Assembly: GCA_018819305.1 (NCBI GenBank)
Contig: JAHJQO010000033.1
Span: 1,430 to 65,429 of the forward strand
Direction: 5' to 3'
Source: Nanobdellota archaeon
GTDB lineage: Archaea; Nanobdellota; Nanobdellia; Woesearchaeales; SM23-78
DNA: 64,000 nucleotides
Below the pieces are notes generated by a model. The model saw nothing but the letters and a program-made list of their open reading frames with translations. It searched no databases and had not been told where the DNA came from. A program made the position numbers and the translations under genes. Positions 16,756-25,452 of this stretch are shown piece by piece (within the stretch, counting starts at the first letter, position 1; each line of letters starts with the position of its first letter).

Positions 16756-18033
16756 ATGGATGCATTACTTGTGCTTACAAATGTAGCAATTATTCTTTTA
16801 TTAGGAATTCTTTGCTCTCTGCTTTCTAAAAGGCTTAAGTTATCTAATATGCTGGTATTAGTTATTCTTGGCTTGGTGTTGGGAAGAATTGTTTACAATG
16901 GACAGCCCTTGTTTGTTTTTGAACCTTCTTTTCTTATAGGTATTGGCGTCCTGGCTCTTGTGATGATTGTGTTTGACGGCTCTTCAAGGTTCAGATTCAA
17001 AGAAGTTAATGACTTGTCTGTATCTGCTCTTAGAATCATATGGTTTTTTATGCTTTTCAGCATTTTAGTCATTACTTCTTTTACAAATCTCTTGTTTTTT
17101 GACAGCATTAATGTTCAGAACATATTATTCTCAATCATATTTGCTATTGTTGTTGTAGGTACTGACCCGGGCTCTGTTTTTGCAATGATTAAAGATTTTG
17201 TTGGTGAGCGAGCTAAAAAAGTCATGGGACTGCTTCAGATAGAAGCAATCATTAACACTCCTTTGATTGTTCTTATTCCATATCTAATTTTAGACCTCAT
17301 AAAAAACATTGAATTGGGAACAGGTGATTTTCTTTCTTCATTTATTTCCCAGATTCCTGCTTTTCTGGCACAGATAATTGTAGGTGTTGGTGCAGGTGTT
17401 CTTATTGGACTTATTGTTTTCAAAACAATGCAAAAAGTTTATTCTCACCAGTTTTCTCCAGTAGCTGTAATCACAGCTGCTCTGCTTGCATATATACTGG
17501 CAGAGAACCTTAAAGGCAATGGTGTGCTTGCTGTTGCAACTCTTGGCTTGTTGTTTGGAAACCTTTATGTCAAGGAAAAAACCCAGCTTCAGGAATTCAG
17601 CTATATGCTTTCAAATGCATTAGAGATTCTTGTATTTGTTCTGGTGGGATTAATGATTCAGATTCCTCTGACTCTTGATTTCTTTTTAAAGTCATTATTT
17701 TTGTTTGGCCTGCTTGTGCTTTGCAGGGCTGCAGCAGTATTTGTTGCAGTGCATAAGTCAGATTTTTCTTTCAAGGAAAAATTATTTATGAGTTTAAACA
17801 TGCCCAAAGGTATTGCTGTTGCAGTTGTGGCATTTACTCTGGCTTTGTATCAGACTGTGCAAATGGGGATAATACTTGACTTGATTGTTGTATTTTTGCT
17901 CTACTCTTTGATACTGGCAGCTGTTGTTAATTTGTTTTCAAAAAAATTCATTCAGGTTGATGTTAAGAATATGAAAGAAGATAATATTCCTCATGCTAAA
18001 TTAAAATGTCCTGACCCAAAGAAAATTCCTTGA
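16756..18033 (+). CDS. Cation/H+ antiporter (Na+/H+ exchanger family, CPA1-like)
   Basis: 425 aa, about 11-12 TM helices. N-terminal pattern ...ILLLGILCSLLSKRLKLSNMLVLVILGLVLG... and the internal TDPGSVF segment are typical of NhaP-type exchangers. Confidence 0.8.
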   Translation: MDALLVLTNVAIILLLGILCSLLSKRLKLSNMLVLVILGLVLGRIVYNGQPLFVFEPSFLIGIGVLALVMIVFDGSSRFRFKEVNDLSVSALRIIWFFMLFSILVITSFTNLLFFDSINVQNILFSIIFAIVVVGTDPGSVFAMIKDFVGERAKKVMGLLQIEAIINTPLIVLIPYLILDLIKNIELGTGDFLSSFISQIPAFLAQIIVGVGAGVLIGLIVFKTMQKVYSHQFSPVAVITAALLAYILAENLKGNGVLAVATLGLLFGNLYVKEKTQLQEFSYMLSNALEILVFVLVGLMIQIPLTLDFFLKSLFLFGLLVLCRAAAVFVAVHKSDFSFKEKLFMSLNMPKGIAVAVVAFTLALYQTVQMGIILDLIVVFLLYSLILAAVVNLFSKKFIQVDVKNMKEDNIPHAKLKCPDPKKIP

Positions 18034-18150
18034 GCCCCATGGAAATTCCTGTTAAGTTCTTTTTCTTCATATGAACTGTTTAAAATTGCTTCAGCAAATT
18101 AATAAAAGTTGAGTTTTGTCGGACTACTCACTTGACAGTTAATCATAAGA

Positions 18151-18158
18151 TTTATAAA
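18151..18158 (+). promoter_or_regulatory. TATA-box-like element upstream of the RHH gene
   Basis: TTTATAAA lies 24-31 bp upstream of ATG 18182. This spacing fits a short-leader or leaderless archaeal transcript. Confidence 0.35.
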
Positions 18159-18181
18159 CATATGAGATTATATGGGTTTAT

Positions 18182-18331
18182 ATGGGAAGAAAAACTGTAG
18201 CTCTAAGCGTAGATGAAGATATTTATGCTTCTTATAAAAAATTCTGCGAAAATAATTCCATGATTTTATCTAGAAAGATAGATCAATTTATGAAAGATGA
18301 ATTGCAAAAGGAAGATAAAAATGTCAGATAA
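18182..18331 (+). CDS. Ribbon-helix-helix (CopG/antitoxin-like) small protein
   Basis: 49 aa, below the track cutoff: MGRKTVALSVDEDIYASYKKFCENNSMILSRKIDQFMKDELQKEDKNVR. The N-terminal beta-strand (KTVALSV) plus two helices is the RHH pattern. Confidence 0.55.
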   Translation: MGRKTVALSVDEDIYASYKKFCENNSMILSRKIDQFMKDELQKEDKNVR

Positions 18332-18376
18332 GGAAGAAGCAAAGGACGAGATTAAATTAGTGGAGGATAGCATTAA

Positions 18377-19162
18377 ATGAAAGAATTGATTGGCAAAACA
18401 TATGAGGAAATCGAAGATAAATTCTGTTTTGATTATTATCTTGAGACTAAAGATGACTCTTTATTAGGTAAGCCGGTGGATAACAAAAAACTAATTAACT
18501 CTTTTATCGAATTTAATAAAGAAAATGAATTGAAAGTAATCAAATTATATGATGGCGTAATACAAGAAATTAATGATATGGACTTGACAGAGATTAAAAA
18601 TAATCTCGCCCTTCTAGCAGAAAATAAAGGAGTATTTTATGATGATTCGGATGATGAATTGGCAACAACCTATGGATTTCTATGCGAAGAGTACTTTGCT
18701 GAAATAATGCAGGGTATAATTTTCTTCTTTGGAAAAGAAGAATATGTACTGAAATTTGCAGATATTCTTAAAGAAAGTAATATTGAATATCATAAACCTG
18801 AAAAGAAATCTGAAATGGGAAAGGATATGGAAACAGTATTAAAAAAATTAAGAAAGCTTGGAAGAAATGAGCCCTGCCACTGTGGTTCTGGAAAAAAGTA
18901 TAAAAAGTGCTGTTTTGATAAGGATATTAAAGAAACTGGAAAATTTATGAAAGTAGACGATTTATGGGAAGAGGGATATTTTGCTGAAACATTAAGCCCT
19001 AGCGAAATTAAAGAGAAAGAAAAGACTATTCACATGGGCCATGATGAAGATATGGATTACAACTGTAAAAAATGCAATAAGAAAATCTCAGCACATAACA
19101 AAGATTGGCATGCAGGGATGTGTGATGGTTGTTTTAATAAAGAATTTCATGAGGGTAACTAA
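18377..19162 (+). CDS. SEC-C motif protein with additional C-terminal Cys/His cluster
   Basis: 261 aa. Has the canonical SEC-C metal-binding motif GRNEPCHCGSGKKYKKCC, then YNCKKCNKKISAHNKDWHAGMCDGC. Confidence 0.7.
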   Translation: MKELIGKTYEEIEDKFCFDYYLETKDDSLLGKPVDNKKLINSFIEFNKENELKVIKLYDGVIQEINDMDLTEIKNNLALLAENKGVFYDDSDDELATTYGFLCEEYFAEIMQGIIFFFGKEEYVLKFADILKESNIEYHKPEKKSEMGKDMETVLKKLRKLGRNEPCHCGSGKKYKKCCFDKDIKETGKFMKVDDLWEEGYFAETLSPSEIKEKEKTIHMGHDEDMDYNCKKCNKKISAHNKDWHAGMCDGCFNKEFHEGN

Positions 19163-19163
19163 A

Positions 19164-20318
19164 ATGCCGAAAAAATCACCAGTTGTGGATATTGAATTAT
19201 CTGTGCTAAAATGGCTTATTGATAGTTCTGGCTGGACTAATGAGGAAATGGCGAAGCGATTAGGCATAAGCACCCCGAATATACAGAAAATAATTGCAGG
19301 AGAGAAAAAGCCGACATTTAAGCAGTTACAAGAGTTATCAGGAATTTTCAAAAGACCTGTTGCTGCTTTTTTACTATCAAAACCAAAATACGAGAAGCCA
19401 AAGCCTAAGGATTACAGGTTACTTCCTGAGAAAGCAGATAAGTTTGATAAGAAAACATTACTAGTATTAAGAAAGACAAGGCGATTACAAAAATTAAGCA
19501 AGGAATTATCCAGAAATATCAAATATGAGACTAAAACAAAATTAGAAAAAGCAAAAATTTCGGATAGTCCTGAAAAAATGGCTGATAAATATAGAGAACT
19601 TTTTGAATTAACACTTGAAAAACAGAAGAAATTTAAGACTGCTTACGAACTATTCAATTATCTTAGAGATGTTCTTGAAGATATGAATATTTATGTTTTT
19701 CAGTTTTCTATGCCTGTTGAGGATGCGAGAGGTTTTGTATTAGTGGATGATAGTCCAAATATCATAGTAGTGAATACAAAAGATAGCATTGAAGCAAGAT
19801 TATTCTCTTTAATACATGAATTTGGGCATATTCTATTAGGAGAATCAGTTATAGATTTACCAGATGTAGCTTTATCCAGCAAAGATAAAATTGAATCATG
19901 GTGTAATGCTTTTTCAGCTTCGTTTTTACTTCCAAAACCTATGGCAAAGGATATTTTTATTGAGAATAAAGCAATATTGACTCAAAGAAAAACCCTTAAT
20001 TATCTTTCTAGGAAATATAAAGTCAGCAAAGCCATGCTATTACTATCTATGACAAAACTAGACTTTATCCAGAAAAAAGATTATGAGAATATTCTTAATC
20101 AATTCAAACCTGATTTAAAAAAGGAAAAAGAAAAAGTAGCCAAAGGAGGTGGAGGAGTATCATCTGATAGGAAAACACTTGCAGAAATGGGAAATAAATT
20201 TATTTCGCTTGTCGCTCATAATTATGACAGAGAATTCATTACTTATACAGATGCATTGAATTACCTATCCATCAAATCAAAAAATTTTGACAAGGTTCTG
20301 GCAAAGGCGAAAAAATGA
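19164..20318 (+). CDS. XRE-type HTH fused to ImmA/IrrE (COG2856) zinc metallopeptidase
   Basis: Start chosen at ATG 19164, 1 nt after the SEC-C gene stop. The track ORF 19041.. adds 41 aa overlapping that gene. HTH: WTNEEMAKRLGISTPNIQKIIAGEKKPTFKQLQELS. Peptidase HEXXH: SLIHEFGHILLGE. Confidence 0.8.
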   Translation: MPKKSPVVDIELSVLKWLIDSSGWTNEEMAKRLGISTPNIQKIIAGEKKPTFKQLQELSGIFKRPVAAFLLSKPKYEKPKPKDYRLLPEKADKFDKKTLLVLRKTRRLQKLSKELSRNIKYETKTKLEKAKISDSPEKMADKYRELFELTLEKQKKFKTAYELFNYLRDVLEDMNIYVFQFSMPVEDARGFVLVDDSPNIIVVNTKDSIEARLFSLIHEFGHILLGESVIDLPDVALSSKDKIESWCNAFSASFLLPKPMAKDIFIENKAILTQRKTLNYLSRKYKVSKAMLLLSMTKLDFIQKKDYENILNQFKPDLKKEKEKVAKGGGGVSSDRKTLAEMGNKFISLVAHNYDREFITYTDALNYLSIKSKNFDKVLAKAKK

Positions 20319-20806
20319 CTTCAAATTGTTACATTATTGACACTTCATCATTAGTGAAGCTGAACAGAGAAAATCCCTTGGATGTTTATCCTAGTGTTTG
20401 GAAAAAGTTGGAAAGCCTTGTTACTGCTGGTCGCCTAATTGCTCCTAAAGAAGTTTTTAATGAGATTAATCAGAATGATGATCAATTAACTAAGTGGGCA
20501 AAATTGCAAAGAAAAATGTTTAAAGAAGCCACACCAAAACAAATAGAATTAGTTCAGCAAATTCTAAATATGCATCCCTCACTTATTGATGCAGATAGAA
20601 AATATGATGCTGATCCATAGGTTATAGCATTAGCTATTGAAATGAGTACCAGCGTTCAAAAAACTCTAGTTCAAATTAAGAGAATTGTAGTAACTGAAGA
20701 AAAAACAAGAGGGAATAGAGAAAATATTCCGTTTGTTTCTAATGAAATGTCAATAGAAGCTATTGATGTAATAACCCTGTTCAGAACAGAAGGTTGGAAA
20801 TTCTAG
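20315..20806 (+). pseudogene. DUF4411 (PIN-like nuclease) gene interrupted by an in-frame TAG
   Basis: The track ORF ends at TAG 20618..20620 (...RKYDADP*). The same frame continues VIALAIEMS...IVVTEEKTRGNRENIPFVSNEMSIEAIDVITLFRTEGWKF* to 20806. Together this gives the full ~160-aa DUF4411 layout, with the TAG where I recall an aromatic residue (ADP-W/F-VIA). ATGA overlap with the upstream peptidase gene. Confidence 0.65.
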
Positions 20807-20885
20807 ACAAAACTCCCTACTTTCACTGTCGAGAAAGGGGCATTTTATTGAACTTAATAAATATTAGAAGAAACTATAAGACGAA

Positions 20886-21575
20886 TTAACCAAGATAACT
20901 CATATTCTTTTTATCTGCTTCCTGCAGAGTCTTGTTGCTGCCTTGCATAATCTTTTTTATCTTGTCTTCAAAGTCTTCTGCTTGTTTTAGCAGTGGATTA
21001 TAGTCAACTTCCAAGCCCAGATATTTGTCAAGAATCTCAATAAGCTTTGCTGCTGCTTTGCTGTCTGGAAGCTGGCTGTGGGCAGCTGCAAACAAGCAGG
21101 TTATGTTTTTATGTCTTAACATTAATGATGCACTCACACCCATGATAATGCTCTCTTTTACAGGCTTTGCCCCGCATTCCTCGAGTTTTTTATCTCCATA
21201 ATAATATGCTTTTATATCACCGCTTGGGTCATCTGTTGCTACTCCTTCCAGGCTTATGATTTTCTTTGCAGTCATTTTCTTAGCCATATCCATGACTGCT
21301 TCTGCAATCTCCCATTCAAAACCTTTAACATTAAGGATGGTGTGAAGAATAACTATGTTTTTTTTAGGAACATACCAAATTGCCATTGGATTGATAAGTT
21401 TGCCTTTGTGAATTGCTGCAACAGGGCTTAATTCATTATAATGGAATTCTCCAATAAGTTCTGCTTTTAAGTGCTCAAGAAGAAACTCTGTTGTGATTGT
21501 TCCCACCAGGCCAAAGCTTGGAAAGCCTTCTATGATAATCGGATTCTTGGGAGTTTTCTTAAGAACAATCTTCAA
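20886..21575 (-). CDS. PAC2-family proteasome assembly chaperone-like protein (PbaA/PbaB-like)
   Basis: 229 aa. IIIEGFPSFGLVGTITTEFLLEHLKAELIGEF is the hallmark N-terminal motif of archaeal PAC2 proteins. Apparent TTG start. Confidence 0.75.
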   Translation of the reverse strand: MKIVLKKTPKNPIIIEGFPSFGLVGTITTEFLLEHLKAELIGEFHYNELSPVAAIHKGKLINPMAIWYVPKKNIVILHTILNVKGFEWEIAEAVMDMAKKMTAKKIISLEGVATDDPSGDIKAYYYGDKKLEECGAKPVKESIIMGVSASLMLRHKNITCLFAAAHSQLPDSKAAAKLIEILDKYLGLEVDYNPLLKQAEDFEDKIKKIMQGSNKTLQEADKKNMSYLG

Positions 21576-21776
21576 AATGTTTCACCTCTTTTTCTAACAC
21601 TTTTTTTGATATTGTACTCATAATAATATAGGTATATAAAGGTTTTGGAATTTAAACCAAAATAAAACAAATAAAACAAAACAAAACAAAAAGATTATAA
21701 AGGGCTTTTCCAATAATAATATATCTATTATTACTCAGAATAAGTTTATAGTAATAAGTCTCTATGCAGAAACAAG

Positions 21777-22940
21777 ATGAATCTTTTTAAAAGAATAAAA
21801 AAAACAATATTACCTGCGGTTATCTTATCTGCATTTCTAAGCTACGCGCCAATGTCTGCAAAGCAAACAACAACTTTGCCGCAACAGGATAAAATAGAAC
21901 TTAAAACCAGTGCTATAAAAAAGCAGGAAAGCAAAAAACCAGATTATAAAGAAGTGAGAGGAGTATTTCTATATTCTTGGAATACCAGAAATAAAGATAA
22001 ACTTGAAGAACTTATTGATAATATGAAACAATCAAATTTGAATGCTGTTGTTGTTGATATCAAGAGCAATGCGGGCGAGATTCTTTACAATACTCAGAAT
22101 GATTTGGCAAAAACAATTGAATCAAAATACAGTGCTCTTGGAAACCTGGAAAAGTTTATCAAGAAATTTCATGATGAGAATATTTATTTTATTGCACGTC
22201 ATGTTGTTTTTAATGATCCTATTCTGGCAAAAAAAAGACCGGATTTGGCAATCCATAATCAAAATGGTGAAGTGTGGAAAGGAGAGATGGCTAAATCTTA
22301 TGTTCCTTGGGCAGATCCTAATTCTGCAGAAGTTCAAAAATATAATCTTGATATTCTGGAAGAAGTTTGCAAAGCAGGTATTGATGAAATCCAGTTTGAT
22401 TATATTAGGTTTCCTGCGCATAAAAATCTGGTTTATTCACATCAAGAACCAGATACTTCAAAAATTCAAGTGCTACAGAAGTTTCTTAATGATGCATGGC
22501 TCATAGCAGATAAGTATGATGTAAAAGTAGGTATTGATATTTTTGGGTTTTCAATTTATAATTCAGGAGACCTTGGAATAGGTCATTCATTCTTAGATTT
22601 GTTAGAGTCTATTGATGTTATTTCACCTATGTTATACCCTTCTCATTACACAACAGGTAATTTTGGCTTTGAAAAACCACAAAATCATCCCTATGAAGTA
22701 ATTTCTTCGAGTGTAGAAAAAGCCAATAAAATGGCAAAAGAGAAGAATGTTGTTGTAAGACCTTGGATACAGGCATTTGGATGGAATACTCCGACTTATT
22801 CTATAGAATATATAATGGATGAAATACAGGCTGTGTATGACGGTGGAAGCACCTCGTTTTTGGTTTGGAATGCAAATAATAATTATGATATGTTATTCAA
22901 GGCGATTCAGAAAGCTAATATGAAATTTGCACCTTTCTAA
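21777..22940 (+). CDS. Secreted putative glycoside hydrolase (DUF4015 / GHL TIM-barrel family)
   Basis: 387 aa. Has a signal-like N-terminus. VRGVFLY...LNAVVVDIKSNAGEILY...IYFIARHVVFNDPILA...WADPNSAEVQKYNLDILEEVCKAGIDEIQFDYIRFP follows the DUF4015 pattern. Confidence 0.7.
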   Translation: MNLFKRIKKTILPAVILSAFLSYAPMSAKQTTTLPQQDKIELKTSAIKKQESKKPDYKEVRGVFLYSWNTRNKDKLEELIDNMKQSNLNAVVVDIKSNAGEILYNTQNDLAKTIESKYSALGNLEKFIKKFHDENIYFIARHVVFNDPILAKKRPDLAIHNQNGEVWKGEMAKSYVPWADPNSAEVQKYNLDILEEVCKAGIDEIQFDYIRFPAHKNLVYSHQEPDTSKIQVLQKFLNDAWLIADKYDVKVGIDIFGFSIYNSGDLGIGHSFLDLLESIDVISPMLYPSHYTTGNFGFEKPQNHPYEVISSSVEKANKMAKEKNVVVRPWIQAFGWNTPTYSIEYIMDEIQAVYDGGSTSFLVWNANNNYDMLFKAIQKANMKFAPF

Positions 22941-22959
22941 TTTTGTCAGGGTTTCTTTT

Positions 22960-23895
22960 TCAATGCTTCAAGCCATCAATAATCATCTTAAGAAGAGCCA
23001 TTCTTATGTATAATCCGTTTTTTGCCTGCCTGAAATAAGCAGCTCTCTTGTCTTTATCAACTTCTGGTGTTATCTCTATCACTCTTGGCAATGGATGCAT
23101 GATTATTGCTTTTTTATTAAGTTTTTTTAATGCTGCCTTGTCAATCACATAGAAACTTTTGAGCTGATTATATTCATGTTCTGTTTTAAACCGTTCCTTT
23201 TGAACTCGTGTCATGTAAAGAACATCGACTTTGTCAAGAACCTGCTGCACATCTTCAACTTCCTCAAAAGTAATTTTTTTCTTTTTCAGGTGTTCTTTGT
23301 ATTCTTTTGGCAGCTGAAGTTTTTTTGGAGCAACTAAATAAAATTTTATTTTTTTGTAAAGAGAAAGCAGAATAAGCAAAGAGTGGATTGTTCTTCCATT
23401 GAGCAGGTCTCCTACAAGAGCAATGTTTAGATTTTCTAGTCGTCCAAGTTCTTTTTCAATAGTATATATGTCAAGCAAAGCCTGAGTGGGATGTTCTCCT
23501 GTGCCATCGCCTGCATTGATAACAGGAACTTCAGACACGTCTGCTGCTATTTTGGCAGAACCTTTTGTAGGATGCCTAAGTACAATAACATCTGCATATC
23601 CACTAATGATTTTGATTGAATCTGTCAGAGATTCTCCTTTTATTGCAGATGAAAAATGTCCTGCACTCTCTGTTGTTATAACTTCACCTCCTAGCTTGTA
23701 CATTGCTGCTTCAAAAGAAAACCTGGTTCTTGTGCTTGGCTCATAAAACACAGCCACCATTATTTTGTTTCTCAGATAGTTCGGGAGTGTGTTTGCTTTT
23801 TCCCTGCTTTCCATTTTATCAGCTAATCTGAAAATCTTGTCAAGAAGAGATGTATCTAAAAATTGTTTTGTGCTAATAATATGTCTTAAAATCAT
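22960..23895 (-). CDS. pyrB: Aspartate carbamoyltransferase catalytic subunit
   Basis: 311 aa. Motifs STRTRFSFEAA, RHP...G, HPTQALLD and HPLPR are diagnostic. Confidence 0.95.
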   Translation of the reverse strand: MILRHIISTKQFLDTSLLDKIFRLADKMESREKANTLPNYLRNKIMVAVFYEPSTRTRFSFEAAMYKLGGEVITTESAGHFSSAIKGESLTDSIKIISGYADVIVLRHPTKGSAKIAADVSEVPVINAGDGTGEHPTQALLDIYTIEKELGRLENLNIALVGDLLNGRTIHSLLILLSLYKKIKFYLVAPKKLQLPKEYKEHLKKKKITFEEVEDVQQVLDKVDVLYMTRVQKERFKTEHEYNQLKSFYVIDKAALKKLNKKAIIMHPLPRVIEITPEVDKDKRAAYFRQAKNGLYIRMALLKMIIDGLKH

Positions 23896-23972
23896 ACTAA
23901 AAATTATGTAGTGTTGGCTGAATTTAAAAATTTATAGAAGACTTTAAAAATAAGAATAAGTACCCCTTTTGC

Positions 23973-24290
23973 ATGACAAAGGTTAATATTGAGATTGTTG
24001 GAAATTATACTAATGGCAGGCTTGAAGACTATTCAATTGACTATGAGTTAGACCAGCCAAGAACAGATGGTTTTGTAAAACATGTTCCTAACATGATACA
24101 AGCAGCAGAATATATAAAAAATTATAGCCAGGAAAAAGAAATAAGAGAACCTGCATATAACATCACTGTGGGAAAAGGTGTGTTTGCAAGGAAATGGTAT
24201 AAAGGAAAAAAAGGAGATTATACTGATTATCCTGATGAAAAAGCTCAAGATCAATTAATAACATTATTAAAAGAGGAAAAGGAGGATTAA
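23973..24290 (+). CDS. Hypothetical protein (ORFan operon, gene 1)
   Basis: 105-aa acidic soluble ORF. No motif recognised. First gene of a tightly packed same-strand set. Confidence 0.45.
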   Translation: MTKVNIEIVGNYTNGRLEDYSIDYELDQPRTDGFVKHVPNMIQAAEYIKNYSQEKEIREPAYNITVGKGVFARKWYKGKKGDYTDYPDEKAQDQLITLLKEEKED

Positions 24291-24291
24291 A

Positions 24292-24573
24292 ATGATAAAT
24301 TTAGAAAAATTTTTCAGACCTCAACTTGATAAAATTCCAATTGAAGAAATTGAAAAAGAATGGAAAAGACACGATAGAATTGTTGACCATCGCGGAGCAG
24401 TTGATATAGTGGAAGCATTGAGTGAAAATGAAATAGTAACAGATGTGGAAAAAGATGTTTATCTGAGAAGACCAACATTGGAAGAACTAAATGCTAGTGA
24501 TAAATGCCTGCCTTGCTATCATCAGGGCGCACTTAAAGATTTATTTGCAGTTTATGTAAGGAGGAATGATTAA
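24292..24573 (+). CDS. Hypothetical protein (ORFan operon, gene 2)
   Basis: 93 aa. The ATG lies 1 nt after the gene-1 stop. A GGAGG Shine-Dalgarno at 24281..24285 sits inside the end of gene 1. Confidence 0.45.
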   Translation: MINLEKFFRPQLDKIPIEEIEKEWKRHDRIVDHRGAVDIVEALSENEIVTDVEKDVYLRRPTLEELNASDKCLPCYHQGALKDLFAVYVRRND

Positions 24574-24574
24574 A

Positions 24575-25003
24575 ATGTTTACATGCAGAGGATGTGAAAT
24601 TGAGTATGATGACAAAGATTTTGGAGCACTTATTAGTTATTATGTTCCAAAAGGCACAGAAGATAATGAAAAAGAAAAAGTTAATCTATTGTTTTGTGGC
24701 ATAACAATGCATCCCTGCTGGATACCTACCAGTTATTTTATGCTTGAGAATATGAATCATCAAGAAAGAGTCCAGGGATGGAATGTTCTTTTGCAGGTTT
24801 CTGATTTATTTGATGTAACAAGAGATTATAGGTTTATTAATCTTGAAATCATGCTTGATGAAATGAAAAAAATAACAGAAAAAACTCCTATTCAAGAGAT
24901 GGATTTAGTAAGAACTCTGCATCATTATGAGACAATTGGAGTCACTCTTGCACAGGGTGATTACAAAAGAAGCAGTGAATCAGATACTTTACTAATAGAT
25001 TAA
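24575..25003 (+). CDS. Hypothetical protein with possible Cys4 metal site (ORFan operon, gene 3)
   Basis: Start set at ATG 24575 (MFTCRGCEIEY...), 10 nt after AAGGAGG and 1 nt after the gene-2 stop. The track start at 24566 is in frame but too close to the SD. Cys residues occur at CRGC and ...FCGITMHPC. Confidence 0.45.
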   Translation: MFTCRGCEIEYDDKDFGALISYYVPKGTEDNEKEKVNLLFCGITMHPCWIPTSYFMLENMNHQERVQGWNVLLQVSDLFDVTRDYRFINLEIMLDEMKKITEKTPIQEMDLVRTLHHYETIGVTLAQGDYKRSSESDTLLID

Positions 25004-25067
25004 ATTATTAATATTATGTTTTTTTTTGACAAATTATTAATACTTATCTTACTTTCTTATTAATATA

Positions 25068-25424
25068 ATGAGTGATACTGCCTTTTTTGTAAAAGGAACA
25101 AATTATCATGGAAGTTCATATTTGACTGAGCATAATTCTTGCTATGGCCTTTCTAAAAAAGGAAAGTTTAGAGGCAGAGAAAGTATTGAAGGAGCAGACA
25201 TAGCTTACATGGCAGGACTGGATCCTTTCTATTATAGGACTGCTGTAAAATTCATGACTCATTATGATCCTGAAGTAAAAAAGCAATTAGATGAACTGAT
25301 AAAAGAAAAAGGCCAGGAAATCCAGCCAGGATTAATCATCGTGGCAAGCCTTACTGACGAATCTGGAAAAGAAAGAAATAGAAATGGAATTGTCACTTCT
25401 CTTGTTGATAAGATGTTAAATTAA
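25068..25424 (+). CDS. Hypothetical protein (ORFan operon, gene 4)
   Basis: 118-aa ORF after a 64-bp AT-rich gap. No motif recognised. Confidence 0.4.
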   Translation: MSDTAFFVKGTNYHGSSYLTEHNSCYGLSKKGKFRGRESIEGADIAYMAGLDPFYYRTAVKFMTHYDPEVKKQLDELIKEKGQEIQPGLIIVASLTDESGKERNRNGIVTSLVDKMLN

Positions 25425-25452
25425 ATAAATTATTTTTAATTATCTTCTTTAA

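Noticed and set aside
18321-18380. 19-codon ORF (MSDKEEAKDEIKLVEDSIK) bridging the RHH gene and the SEC-C gene with ATGA overlap
   Set aside because: It is too short and featureless to support as a gene. It may simply be spacer sequence, and is noted only because of the coupling-like overlap.
19041-19163. 41-aa N-terminal extension of the HTH-ImmA ORF overlapping the SEC-C gene by 122 nt
   Set aside because: The extension lies entirely inside the SEC-C gene's Cys-rich C-terminus. ATG 19164 follows that gene's stop by 1 nt and begins directly with the HTH domain.
20618-20620. TAG as a sense codon (pyrrolysine or genome-wide reassignment)
   Set aside because: TAG terminates well-defined genes in the same window, for example taw1 at 2794..2796 and the DUF4411 reading frame itself at 20804..20806. 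No other long ORF needs TAG read-through and no pyl genes are seen.
21640-21700. A-rich repeats (AAATAAAACAAATAAAACAAAACAAAACAAAAAG), considered as a possible CRISPR or regulatory array
   Set aside because: This is simple-sequence slippage without defined repeat-spacer structure. No other CRISPR-like array exists anywhere in the window.
22236-22250. 11-nt match (gaccggatttg) to the tRNA-Thr 3' region inside the DUF4015 gene
   Set aside because: The match is short, inside a coding region and has no partner features, which is consistent with chance.
22042-22506. 154-aa alternative-frame ORF and 99-aa antisense ORF inside the DUF4015 hydrolase gene
   Set aside because: The main frame has clear family motifs (DEIQFDYIRFP). 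The alternative products are K/F/L-rich low-complexity sequences typical of AT-rich off-frames.
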